Shown: positions 17,826-33,721 of the stretch, piece after piece
Layout: each line of letters begins with the position of its first letter
Numbering within the stretch: position 1 is the stretch's first letter
Origin: the human T2T-CHM13v2.0 reference genome, Homo sapiens
Reading direction: 5' to 3' (one strand)
Assembly: GCF_009914755.1 (NCBI RefSeq)
Contig: NC_060941.1
Length of the DNA: 64,000 bases
Translations under genes and position numbers: made by a program
Notes under the pieces: model-generated
Told to the model about the DNA's origin: nothing
What the model saw: only the letters and a program-made list of their open reading frames with translations
Database searches by the model: none

Positions 17826-18510
17826 TGAGCCACTGTGCTCAGCTTATTATTTCTTTACTGCTGAAGAATAATTTCAAACATTTGCAAAGCAAAAGCACAG
17901 AGCAAGTCTTGCCCGTCAATAAAGTTTAACCTTACAGAGAAATGAAAGGGGAACTTTTTGCATGTTATACATTAAAATGGGAACTACTTTATATGTCATT
18001 TTGATAGGCTTGATGTTTTTTCAAAGCAAATATATCACTTTAATCTTCAAAAATATGCCTTTTGCTCTGTACTCTCTGTCTCTTATGTAAAGCCTCTTTA
18101 GATCAAGCATGAGAAATGTATCATGTTTTGCCAAAAAACCAAACAACAACAAAAACCTTAAAAAACAAAAAAGATGATAGTATAAGAGGAATTGCTTTTT
18201 ACAAATTTGAGTGGAGTTGAAAAGACCAGTCAATGACTGGTATACTACTACTTAGTCTAGTAACAATTTACAATGGCTTGTCTCAAAGAAATAAAGCATG
18301 TAAAATCTATTTCTATTTATTTTCTTTGTAAGTAGAAAAGGAAACATCCCATCTCAGTTTGCTGTTGGAATGTTTGCTTCAACCCCTCATCTAGTCTTGT
18401 GCATGACCATAGTTCTAAGCCCTGTAAAAATTAATTACTGAGTCTGTAGGAAAGCTGATGGGAATGTGTATCAATACAGTGGCACCAGACTTCGAGCAAC
18501 GTAGTTTTCA

Positions 18511-18541
<31 letters not shown>

Positions 18542-18620
18542 GGAAATGCATGGTATTCTTGCTGCATTCTTAAGTTACCTCTCGGTAAATGCTGAGGAAA
18601 CATTCTCAGGCTCATCATAC

Positions 18621-18738
18621 CCATATTCACCCAGATGTTAGACTGCTGTGTCCGAGTGGCAGGCTGCTGTCTCAGGAAGAGAAGATAGCGGGGAAATAAT
18701 TCCAGCTCTGGGATGTCTGTCTTGCTGTTCTTGATAAC
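18621..18738 (-). CDS. USP32: USP32 coding exon (~16): VIKNSKTDIPELELFPRYLLFLRQQPATRTQQSNIWVNM(G)
   Basis: 118 nt, aatAG|GTT ... G|GTATGA, phase 0/1; a second in-frame donor would end the exon at 18579. Confidence 0.96.
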
Positions 18739-19552
18739 CTATTGTTTTAAAAGATAAAAAGAGATCACTAAAAAAAGAAACAAAACTTGCCATTTTAATC
18801 TAACTTCTGAGATTTATTTCTAAACCAAAATGTCCAACAAGTTCACTAGCTACATTTCAGTAATTACTGAAACTCACACATTTAAGTTACATGGATCTGA
18901 TTACTGTTAAAATTCCTGCTCCGAAACCCATTTCCTAAGATTATAACTCCTTGTAGATATCTTCTCCCCTTTTATTTAAAAGCAAGTAACAACACTGAGG
19001 AAAAAAAAAAACCCTAAGTATTATCTATAATTCTACTACCCTCACACCATAAGTCTTTTCATTTTTACATATTTCATGTATATAAATGATTGACATTTTA
19101 AGGACAAATTCATAAAAATTGAGTTACAAGTCAAAAACTATGGAAGTATTCATTAGCTATATAGTCATGCTGCCATCTAAAGTTTAGCAATTTACACTAT
19201 TGCCAGTAATGTGTAAGTATACTACTCTCATAAAACCTTATCACTGGACATCATTTAAAAACATCCACATTTCGTTAATATGAAGAGTATTATAAATTGC
19301 TTAAATTTTTATTTTTTGTACTAGTAGTGAGGATGCAACTGTTCCCATATAAAAATTTACTACGTTCTACTTGCGTAACCAGTCTGTTCACATATGTTTT
19401 GTCTATGACTTAAACAAAAAATTTGGATGTAAAAAAAACTCAGATTTCACATTGTTGGAACAGGATTTTTAAGTAGTTTTAACCTGCTTATAAGCCCACA
19501 GACACAGGAAAACATTTAATTATCAAAATATTGTTGTAAGAGTAGTAAATGA

Positions 19553-19804
<252 letters not shown>

Positions 19805-21359
19805 TAGCCAAGATGGTCTCGATCTCCTGACTTCGTGATCCGCCCGCCTCAGCCTCCCAAAGTGCTGGGATTACAGGCGTGAGCCACCGCGCCCAGCCAA
19901 CACTGAAATTCTTGAAAACAGAAACTCTGTACAGAGTCTTTTAAGTCTCAGGTGACCAGGCTTTATTTTCCTTTACTCTCATAACCAATATCTTCTGCAA
20001 CAGAACTTTTTTTTTTTAGTATCAAGAGGGAGCAATAAAAATCAAATAAAAACAACACTACAAGCCAGGTGCAGTGGCTCATGCCTGTAATACCAGCACT
20101 TTGGGAGGCCAAGGCAGAAGGGCTGCTTGAGACCAGGAGTTCGAGACCAGCCTGGGCAACACAGCAAGATTCTGTCTCTTAAAAAAATTTAAAAATTAGC
20201 TGTTATGGTGGTGTGTGCCTGCAGTCTTAGCTATTGGGGAGGCTGAGGTGGGAATATTGTTCAAACCCTGGAGCTTGAGGTTATTTTTCATAAACGTAAT
20301 TATTAAGAACTCAAAATCAACATCAAAATTACATTAGTCTGTTTTATAACAGATTTTTACTCTTTTTAGAAGTTAACGTACCATATCTCATCTATACAAA
20401 ACCTTCCTGGCATAAGGAAGTTTTAGCTTGGACATTATAAAAGGAAGAGTGTTTCTTTCTTTTTTTTTTTTTTGAGACGGAATCTCGCTCTGTCACCCAG
20501 GCAGGAGTGCAATGGTGTGCAGTCTTGGCTCACTGCAACCTCTGCCTCCTGGGCTCAGACAATTCTCCTGCCTCAGCCTACCAAGTAGCTGGAACTACAG
20601 GAGTGTGCCACCACACTGGATAATTTTTGTATTTTTATTAGACACGGGGTTTCACTATGTTGGCCAGGCTGGTCTCGAACTCCTGACCTCGTGATCTGCC
20701 TGCCTCGGCCTTCCAAAGTGCTGGGATTACAGGTGGAAGAGTGTTTCTTAATATACCAAAACAAATCCCACCAAAACATCTTGTTATATTTTACTTCATC
20801 AACAATGTAAAAAGTGAGTGTCCAGAGTACCGAGTGCTGTTTACCGTGTAAGCACAACAAATGGTGCTATATACTAATATTTTAATATAATATTCTGTTA
20901 TCATATGTTGTGATCTTTTATATGCCCCTCCTTCAAAAACATAAACCACAAAAATCCACCAAAAGCTACAAGAAGAATCCAATCCCTAACTAGATACTTG
21001 TGTGATTGTTAGGAATAGTAGTTTCAGAAATAACCTCTGCATCACGCCCTACATTCACTGAACTTTTTGGCACTGGCTCTTGGCCTGTCTTCCCCTCCAG
21101 CCTAAGTTCCACATATCCTAGGTGATGTCTACTTTTATGTGGATAACACATTCAACAGCCTCCTATTTCCTTGCCTTTATTTATGAATGAATGAACGAAT
21201 GTGAAGGAACTTAACATTGAACAATCCACACAGGTTCAGAACACTCTTCTACCACAAGGTAAGAGCTACTTTGTGGTTAGTGAGAGTCACATAGAAAAAG
21301 TAACAGAAGACCCCCATCTATGACTGCTCCTTATATAAGGCACTATTAACTATACTTAC

Positions 21360-21500
21360 TGGTCTAGGTAAGGCCAGGTTTGCTCCATACCAGTGATAAA
21401 GTGCTCTCCACACAGGTTCTGGGACCATTTCATAGTCTCTTCCATGAATCAGCTGTGGAGTTCGTTTTAATCGTCCTCCTTCTAGTGTTAATGATGTAGC
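21360..21500 (-). CDS. USP32: USP32 coding exon (~15), DUSP C-part: ATSLTLEGG...[26 protein letters not shown]
   Basis: 141 nt, ctcAG|GCT ... CCA|GTAAGT, phase 0/0. Confidence 0.97.
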
Positions 21501-21570
21501 CTGAGAAAGAATAGAATGACAATGTTGACTTTCAATATTACAAAAGTTTTTGGGTCTCAGCAATACCTAG

Positions 21571-21939
<369 letters not shown>

Positions 21940-22361
21940 TGAATTTTTAATGAGAGATTTTTATTTTTGACTTTCAAAATAAACTATGTAAGAAATGAAA
22001 CTCAAAGCATATCATTTGGAAAAATCACTAAAGCACTTGAAATAACTTCACAGATTTCTTTCAAACAATAAAAAATACTAGTTTGGAAAAAAAAATTCAT
22101 ACATAGCGTATGTGAAACAACATTTTCAGAATAGCTGTCCTAAGTAAGAATAACAATAATGCCAAGGGTTACTAAACTACTTCTATGTAAGTTCTAAATC
22201 ATAAATATTCTCACAGAAATGTACTATACAAAGAGATGTCCATCTATAATACAGTAATTAAATGAACCATCAATGTTTTGCTATGTGCTAAAACCTCTGA
22301 AATGAAATTTATTAATAGCTTGCAAGAGAATAATTTTAAGTTTAGATGTAAAATTACTTAC

Positions 22362-22537
22362 CTTTACTGGTTCTTGAGTTACTAATGGCTGATTATCAAT
22401 AGCCCCTGGTTTCTGAGGGTTAAGGTGCAACAAAATATTCCCATTGGCTCCCAGCAAACACTGGTTGTTATTGTCAGAAGTGTTATGTTGTCGAGCAAAG
22501 CAAACATCTGCCCCTGGTGTGGCAGAATACAGAAAGC
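22362..22537 (-). CDS. USP32: USP32 coding exon (~14): FLYSATPGAD...KPGAIDNQPLVTQEPVK
   Basis: 176 nt, tatAG|GC ... AAG|GTAAGT, phase 1/0; carries the DUSP PGxIDN motif. Confidence 0.97.
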
Positions 22538-24239
22538 CTATAAAAAAAAAAGAGGATAGAATCTCTTATTTTTAGTTATTATACATAAACAGGCTTGAGG
22601 ATATGAACTCAATGCCCATGTATTGTATTACTCTGTTGACATGTCAGTACAGATTAAGATTCTGGTAATTCTGTAGAAGACAGGAAATGTTATCCTTCTC
22701 TGAACAATACATGGCATGGTACTAAAAATAAGAGCTTTTAAAATTATTACCAAATGAACATTTGGCCACCCTCCTAGAATATCTAATAATTCATAATGAG
22801 AATTATATGTCCTCCGACTGGAAGGGAAGAGCTGGGCTAAGTGGCTGGGCTTCTACATAGCATCCTTTAATTATTTTCCTCAAACTAGAAAAATATTCCA
22901 AATGTTCTTGGTAGATAATGGTGATATGAAGTCACTAAATTAAAAGAAAACTAAAACAAGAACTCCAACAAAAGAGTAATGGGGGCTAGATCCTATTGTA
23001 TCTATGAACTCAATGTCCACAAGTTCTTTTGAAAGAAATACATGATCTTTACAATACGAAAATATGCACAGAAGATGATTAACCATGGCTTAGAGTTGTG
23101 AGCCTCAGTGGTATTTTAAGCCATTTCAACTCTCAACTACATGCTAATCTTTGGTAAACAATCTAGCAGTCATCACTTTGTAACCTTCTGCCTGTGGTAT
23201 GCAGCCTTTGGGTGTCACAAGTTATATGGTAAGCACATACCAAACAGGATCTTTAGATGGGGTTAAGAAATAATCCTCATGTTAAAGCTGATGACAGCAC
23301 TTCTAGGACTGCTAAGTGATCTTTGTAATACCAGAAAGGGAGGGAAGAAGCAGATTCTACAAGGAGCTTTGTGAAGAAAATGCTAGCTCTGTCCAATTTG
23401 CTTACACCTTCCACAGAAAAGGAAAAGAACATCTTGGAAGAAATAATAACACACGCCAGGAGGAATGGCTCATGCCTGTAATCTCAGCACTTTGGGAGGC
23501 CAAGGCTGGAGGACTGCTTGAAGCCAGAAGACTGCAACCAGCACAGGCAACATGAGACCTCGTCTCTACAAAACAATTAAAAAATTAGCTGTGTGTGGCA
23601 GTGTACACCTGTAGTCCCAGCTACCAGGTAGGCTAAGACAGGAGGATCATTTGAGCCCAGGAACTGGAGGTTACAGTGAGCTATGATCATGCCATTGCAC
23701 TACAGCCTGGGCAACAGAGTGACACCCTGTCTCTTTAAGTAAATAAATAAATAACAATAGGGTAAGATTGAGGGTTCTGCTACTGTACCAGAATAACAGC
23801 AATCAACTCAATTCAGCTGGGCCATAGAAATACCACAGCATCTTCCTTGTAGGTGTGGAAACATGAAGTTTTAGGTAAGTACCAAGGCCTAAAGGGAATT
23901 ATGGGAGGCATCTGAATTCTTTCTCAGTATTTTAACAAAATAATCTCCATATTTTGGCCTGAAATATACATAGAATCTGATGTGGGGTGCATTTAATTTA
24001 ATTATGTTTATGGCTAGAGAGAGTCCTGGAGATGACTATCTTTGAAAATTTAAATTTACTGACTAAATAATTTAATAGCAATAGGGAAAGATGGGGCTTG
24101 ATTGATGAAAATAGTGAAAATAGCCGCATGTGATGGCTCATGCCTGTAATCCCAGCACTTTGAGAGGCTGAGGCCAGAGGACTGCTTGAGCCTGGGAGTT
24201 TGAGACCAGCCTGGGCAACATGGCAAAACCCTATCCCTA

Positions 24240-24488
<249 letters not shown>

Positions 24489-24798
24489 CTAATATATTCA
24501 AGAATTTTACAATTGACCATTTCATTCAAAACTTATTTCTGTTAATGGAAGCCTGATCTCCTATTACCATATTCACTACAGCCTCTGTCAAATTAGACTG
24601 CCTTAATAACTATCCATGGGGAGGCCAGGCATGGTGGCTCACGCCTGTAATCCCAGCACTTTGGGAGGCCGAGGCAGGCAGATCACGAGGTTGGGAGTTC
24701 AAGACCAGCCTGGCCAACATAGTGAAACCCCATCTCTACTAAAAAAATACAAAAATTAGCCAGGCGTGGTGGCGGGTGCCTGTAATCGCAGCTACTCA

Positions 24799-24978
<180 letters not shown>

Positions 24979-24988
24979 TCATATTTAC

Positions 24989-25181
24989 CGCTGCCAGCAG
25001 TTTCTGAGGCTTCAGATGCAGTAGAAATGTTGTCTGAAAATTTCTCTTCTGTAGTATTCACGTAACTGAGGCTGCTTCCAATTCTATCTTCGACCTGCTC
25101 CATAGGATGGGCTGCAGTTCCAAATGAGTATTTTCCTCCATTCAAAACAGATGATGGCTCAATTACCACAGGGTTGGCATC
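24989..25181 (-). CDS. USP32: USP32 coding exon (~13): DANPVVIEP...SEASETAGS(G)
   Basis: 193 nt, tttAG|GAT ... G|GTAAAT, phase 0/1; overlaps ORF 24966..25169. Confidence 0.97.
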
Positions 25182-25707
25182 CTAAAATCAGGAAATCAGA
25201 GAATAAGAAGCAAAGTTTATAATCTGACAACTATGTAGTCTTCAGAAACAAATCTCACAATTATCTATTTTTTTAAGTCTCCTGTGGTTGGCCACAGACA
25301 TTTAAAAACATTCTAATACATAGCTATATTTTAATCTCTTTCAGGAGGAAAAGTATGTATATAGATAAAATTGGCAAGGTAGACAAAACAGACTGTGAAG
25401 GATTTTGTGCCACATAAAGTAATTTACACTCTATTCTGTTGGCAGCCATTTTTTTAACATTAAAAGTAAATAAAGCTTAAATTTTTTTCTTTTCTTCCTT
25501 ATTTCCCATAGTACATGAATGTATATAATTTTTTTATTATTAAAGATTACATGGTCAATGTAGAAAATATAGAAAACATGAAGAAAATATCACATGTACT
25601 CAGATTCCATCATTTAGCAATAACTGTGTTTTAGTTCTTATGACTGAAAAATATGTATATATGTAAAAGATGAGTGGTGTATGTACATAGAGTGAAGGGC
25701 AATGCTA

Positions 25708-26010
<303 letters not shown>

Positions 26011-26154
26011 TCATATTTTTTTCTTTCACCAAACATTGTATTGTTTATATAGTGCTAATATGCTAATCTAACATTTCATATTTTCTCTATTTCTCTTTTT
26101 AACAAAGAGAGAACAATCCTAAATAGCAGAGTCTTCAAAAGGCAACACTATTAG

Positions 26155-26643
<489 letters not shown>

Positions 26644-27503
26644 TGAGCCACTGTGCCCAGTGGACATAAGTTTTCTACTTAAAGTAGTGATATAAAGTTT
26701 CCTTTGAAAATATGATTAAATAACTAATTAATCACAAACAGTTATAAATTTCTTTGTTCCTTGTCTGTTACCACTGCTTCACTTTAGTAGCCAAAAAATT
26801 TTTTTAAATTTTAAGTAAAAATGGCATAATTATTTATGTAAGTTAACTGTATGGCATTACATGAGAAAAATGGTGACCATAGTTTAAAAAAATGATTAAG
26901 AAGTAGGAATCTATATTACATATGAATTTTGGACCATCAATTTTTAAAATTTAGATGGTTCACCAAAGTAGTCAAAATTCTTTTTTTTTTTTTGAGACAG
27001 AGTCAAGCTCTGTCGCCCAGGCTGGAGGTCAGTGGTGCAGTCTCGGCTCACAGCAACCTCCGCCTCTAGCTTCAAATGATTCTCCTGCCTCAGCCTCCTG
27101 AGTAGCTGGAACTACAGGCACCTGCCACCACACACAGCTAATTTATGTATTTTTAATAGAGACAGGGTTTCACCATGCTGGCCTCAAACTCCTGAACACA
27201 AGTGATCCACCTGCCTTGGCCTCCCAGTGTGCTGGGATTACAGGCGTGACCCACTGTGCCTGGCCTAGAAACCAAAATCCTGTAGACAAGACAGTAGAAC
27301 CAAAATGATCTATGTCAAAAAAGAAGTATAAATTAGTCCTAAGTGTTAATTTTCTTAAAGATAATATCAAGCTTCTCACAGCTTTTCTAATATGGAATTC
27401 ATACCAACACAAAATACATGACATTTAAATTAGGTTTCTTTTTTCTTTTTCTTTTTTTTTTTTTTTTTAATTAAAACAAGTTTTGGCCAGGGATGGTGGC
27501 TCA

Positions 27504-27812
<309 letters not shown>

Positions 27813-28695
27813 TTACTGTATTGCCCAGGCTGGTCTCAAACTCTAGCCTCAGGTAATCCTCCTGCCTCAGTCACCCAAAGTGGTGGGATTACAGGTGTGA
27901 GCCACCTCACCTGGTTAAATTAGGTTTCAAAAGAAAATTTTCCATAAACATAAATGCCTTATTATTTAAATCAATTCAACTTTTTTTTTTCACTTATGCT
28001 TTTTGATTTTTTTAGTCTGGAGTATAGCAAAGGCTCTTTTTTTAATACAGGGTCTTGCTCAGTCGCCTATAGCTCACTATACCCTTGAACTCCTGAGCTC
28101 AAGTGATCCTTCCACCTCAGCTAGGACCACAGGCATGCATCACCATGCCCAACTAATTTTTAAAGTTTTCATAGAGATGGGGTCTCAATATGTTACCCAG
28201 ACTGGTCTCAAACTCCTGGAGGATCCAAACAATCCTCCTGCCTTGGCCTCCCAAAGTACTAGGATTACAGGCATGAGTCACCCGGCCAAAGGCATTTTTT
28301 CATTTTTAAAGTTCTCTATGTGATCTCACTACATATGCAGCCAGAATTAATAACTATTGCCCTAGTGAGGATTATAGTCTCATGCATTTGTTTTTATAAT
28401 GTGCTCCAGATGTTAAGAGCTTAGAAATTGACTTGTTATTAAATCTGCTACCTGCTCTGGAACTTGTGTTTTAGAAGAAGATTTAGATTTATTTAGTTTT
28501 CAGGTCATTTGCTTCCTGCCCATAAAGATGGAGCAAGACAGACAGCAAAACCATTTTGAAAGAGTAACAGCGCCACCTTTGAGAAAAATTAAAGTCTTCC
28601 AAGTCACTTTGTTTTCCTCCAGAAAAATCACTTTAGTTTTGCTATAAGTGATCTTAAATGATGTTTCAATAACCATCACATTTTTGGCAAGGTAA

Positions 28696-29076
<381 letters not shown>

Positions 29077-30465
29077 TAAAAAATTTGTAGTAATATATTT
29101 TGAGGAAGATTGGGTCTATTTGAGCAAACAATTTTCTTCAAGTTTTCCTCTAAGATGGGCATGTAAGAGAATTTCAAGGAGTAATATTTGGAATTGTATC
29201 TTAAATGTTTTAACATGTTTGAAAGTCTTACATGGTGCCTATGTTTCTAAAGAAAATGTAAATGAAACCATTCCTGTAATAATGCTTCTCATTCTGAAGA
29301 GCTCAGTCCATAGGTTAAATCTATATATATCACTGGCAAGAAAACAGGATAATAAAAATATTACCAGGCATTAAATTTGCTAGGCTAAATTTTATAATAA
29401 TTTGTGAACAGGATGATTCTAATAACTTCTCAGAGATTGCAACATTTGCCTCTAGCAACTGCGGTTCTACCACATGCTTTTAACATGGTACAGTGAGTAA
29501 TAACCTTTAGACTTGGAGAATATGGGCTTTTCTTTGCTTCTCTTCCAATGCTCCAAACAAACTAGACTGGTCTGTCTTCTCATTGTCTTCGGCTTTCTTT
29601 TCTATTACAGGAACCTGATGCTCTCACTGTTCTCCACTGCCTGAAACTGTCAGCACAACTCAGGTTCCTTCTTCCCCTTCCTACACGCTTATTTTTCTTG
29701 TTCCTTCTACCCTTCTTGGCTTTCAGTGAAATAGCTACCTTTTCATCCGATTAATCTTATTACCACTTTCCTTCTATAAGATGAACAAACCAATCACAGT
29801 TATATATTGCAGAATCTTAGAGTCACTAGCTTTTTTTGACTGTTCATTTCTGGCTGCTTGCGGAAATTTTTGTTTTTCTAAAACATCAAAGGATCATGTT
29901 TTGTTTTTATTGACTTCAGGGGTCTGGAACTATTCAAAATTATCCTAGAACCCTGGTTTTCAGAAGATAGATTTCTAAATAGGTAAAGTTTCACCTGTAG
30001 AGAGAAATGTCCTCATTTTCTGAGTCAACAATTCACAAAAGGACTAGGTACTTATTTTAATATAAGAGAATTTTATTTTGAGATTTTAGGATTCCCTGTG
30101 AGTTGTATAAATAGTTTATGTGTTCTAAAATATGGGTCAAGATTCACCTTTTTCTCTATTGATGATACTACTACTTTTTATGCCCTGTACATAGGTATGT
30201 TACAAGAATCAATTAACAGTTATGTCAATTTCATATTTCACTAGTGACTGAAATGCTAGCTTTGGAAAAATAGAGGGCAGCATGGAGCAACAGATTAGGT
30301 ACTAAGGCAGGACTCAGGACACTGAGCTCTAGAGTGCTAGATAAAGTAATAAAATAATTGTCTGATACAGCTTTGGGCAATTATAAAACCTAAGGACCTC
30401 AGAGGCTTCATTTGTAAATTCAGAGAAGAGAGGTGTTTCATTCCTTTTATTTCCCACTCAACTAC

Positions 30466-30596
30466 ACATGTCTGAGGCAGGAAAACAAGGCTGCCCCACT
30501 CGTGGCAGTCCTGACGACGATCCTCGAGGGCTGCTCTTGGCCTCCAGCCTTGGCTAAGGAGAACAGGGACCCCCCAAAGCCCATGGGAGAGAGGCA
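30466..30596 (-). ncRNA. SCARNA20: Intronic box H/ACA small Cajal-body RNA (SCARNA20/ACA66), U12 snRNA Psi28 guide
   Basis: 131-nt GC-rich island on the host strand with two hairpins; H box AGAGCA (30537-30532); ACA (30471-30469) 3 nt from the end; CGAG CAB-like motif in the 3' loop; pocket strands GAUCGU and UUUUCCU complement U12 sequence either side of U28 (U12 sequence from memory). Confidence 0.92.
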
Positions 30597-31093
30597 CGAA
30601 AGGTGATTTAAAGTATCTTCTAGCTCTAAAGTTACGTGATAACTAAATAGGAAAATCTGCATGTGAATAGTAATAGCTGCTCCTTCATAGTTCTCAAAAA
30701 GGAAGATACACATTATGTAATGTAATAATGATAGAAAAGATTTCACCATTCTTCCCCATTTACATTTTTTTAGGAGATTACACATAGAAGAATAAAGCTT
30801 GACACATTAAAGCGGGGAAAGACTGGTAAGATTCCATGAGCAGAGACACAATCAAATTATTCATGCTCCAGTGAATCAGCAAATCTGGGGTTAGCCACTT
30901 CTAAGAAAGGATGGCTCATTTTTCCTGATCCCTTGGTCTCTGATCTTTCCATTTAGTCTTGCCAGTATTTGAAACATACTACCCTCACAATTAGTAATAT
31001 TCGTAAGTAAATATGTCATTTTATGAAGAGAAAAAATTAAAGCTAAGTACTCTCTTAGGTAGGCAGATGAAGCTCTAAGATCAAATTATCTGA

Positions 31094-31715
<622 letters not shown>

Positions 31716-32888
31716 TGAACTCCCAGCCTCAAGTGATCTGCCTGCTTTGGCATCCCAAAGTGCTGGGATAATAGGCGTGAGCCACCATGCCTGGCATGAA
31801 AGAAGAAATTTAAATCCTCATATAACTACTGCTACTACTACCACCATTATTACCTTTAACCTTATATAGAGTTTCTATCTGCCAGGCACTGGGCTAAGTG
31901 CTTCACATGTATTAACTCATTTAATTCTCACATCCCTACTTAAATAGATATTACTATTAATCTCATTGTTCATATGTGAAAACTGAGGTAGAGCAAGAAG
32001 TAGTAATTTATTCAAGGTCATAAAGCAAGTGCAAGGGACAAGAGTCCAAGCTCACTACAATTACCTTATTGAAGTTTCTCATAATAATAGCTACCTATTT
32101 AGTACTTACTATGTACCAGACACTGTTTTAAAATACTTAACAAGAGTCTGGGTGCCTGTAATCCTAGCACTCTGAGAGCCCAAGGCAGGAGAATCGCTTG
32201 AGCCCAGGAGTTCGAGACTAGCCTGGCAGGCATAGTGAGACCCCATCTCTACAGAAAATCAAAAAATTAGCCAGGTGTGGTAGTGCATGCCTGGAGTCTC
32301 AGCTACTCAGGAGGTGGGAGAATTGCCTCAGTCCATGAGGTTGAGGCTGTAGTGAGCTATGATTGTGCCACTACACTCCAGCCTGGGCAACAAAGGAAGA
32401 TCCTGTCTCAACAAACAAGCAAACAACAACAACAAAACACTTAACATGCATCAAACTCATTTAATCCTCGTAACACTATGAGGGCGATTATTATTATTAC
32501 TCTAATTTTACACATGGAGGAAACAAGGCCCAGAATGTCACTTTTTTAAAAAGGTTACTTGAATTCAGTTTAAAAACATTTTTAAAAAATCTGTCAGTGT
32601 GCAGTTATTTGCATTTACTTTTAGAAAAGAACACTTTTCTAATTAAAACATGTTCAGAGGATTGTTATTAGTCAACTTACATTTCCCCCACCTTATTAAT
32701 AAGTTGCCATAGTTCCCTGTCTCTTTATTTAGTAAAAACACTTTTCTAATTAATATGTATTTTCAGAAAGTACTGCTGTTACTCCACTTACATTTTTCCC
32801 CATCTTATTGAATAAATTCCCATACTCTGCCTCCTTTCTCTCCATATAAAGCGATACTCCTCTCCTCCCAGGTTTATTGTAACTCTAA

Positions 32889-33362
<474 letters not shown>

Positions 33363-33395
33363 CAAGCATGACTAATTTAAAAAAAAATTTTTTTG

Positions 33396-33721
<326 letters not shown>

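Noticed and set aside
28568-28583. CTCF-like motif CAGCGCCACCTTTGAG
   Set aside because: Only the AGGTGGCGCTG half matches; conserved C positions of the other half are missing, so it needs ChIP data
30337-30785. Minus-strand ORFs of 86 and 107 aa
   Set aside because: They run through the GC-rich scaRNA; no splice or coding signature
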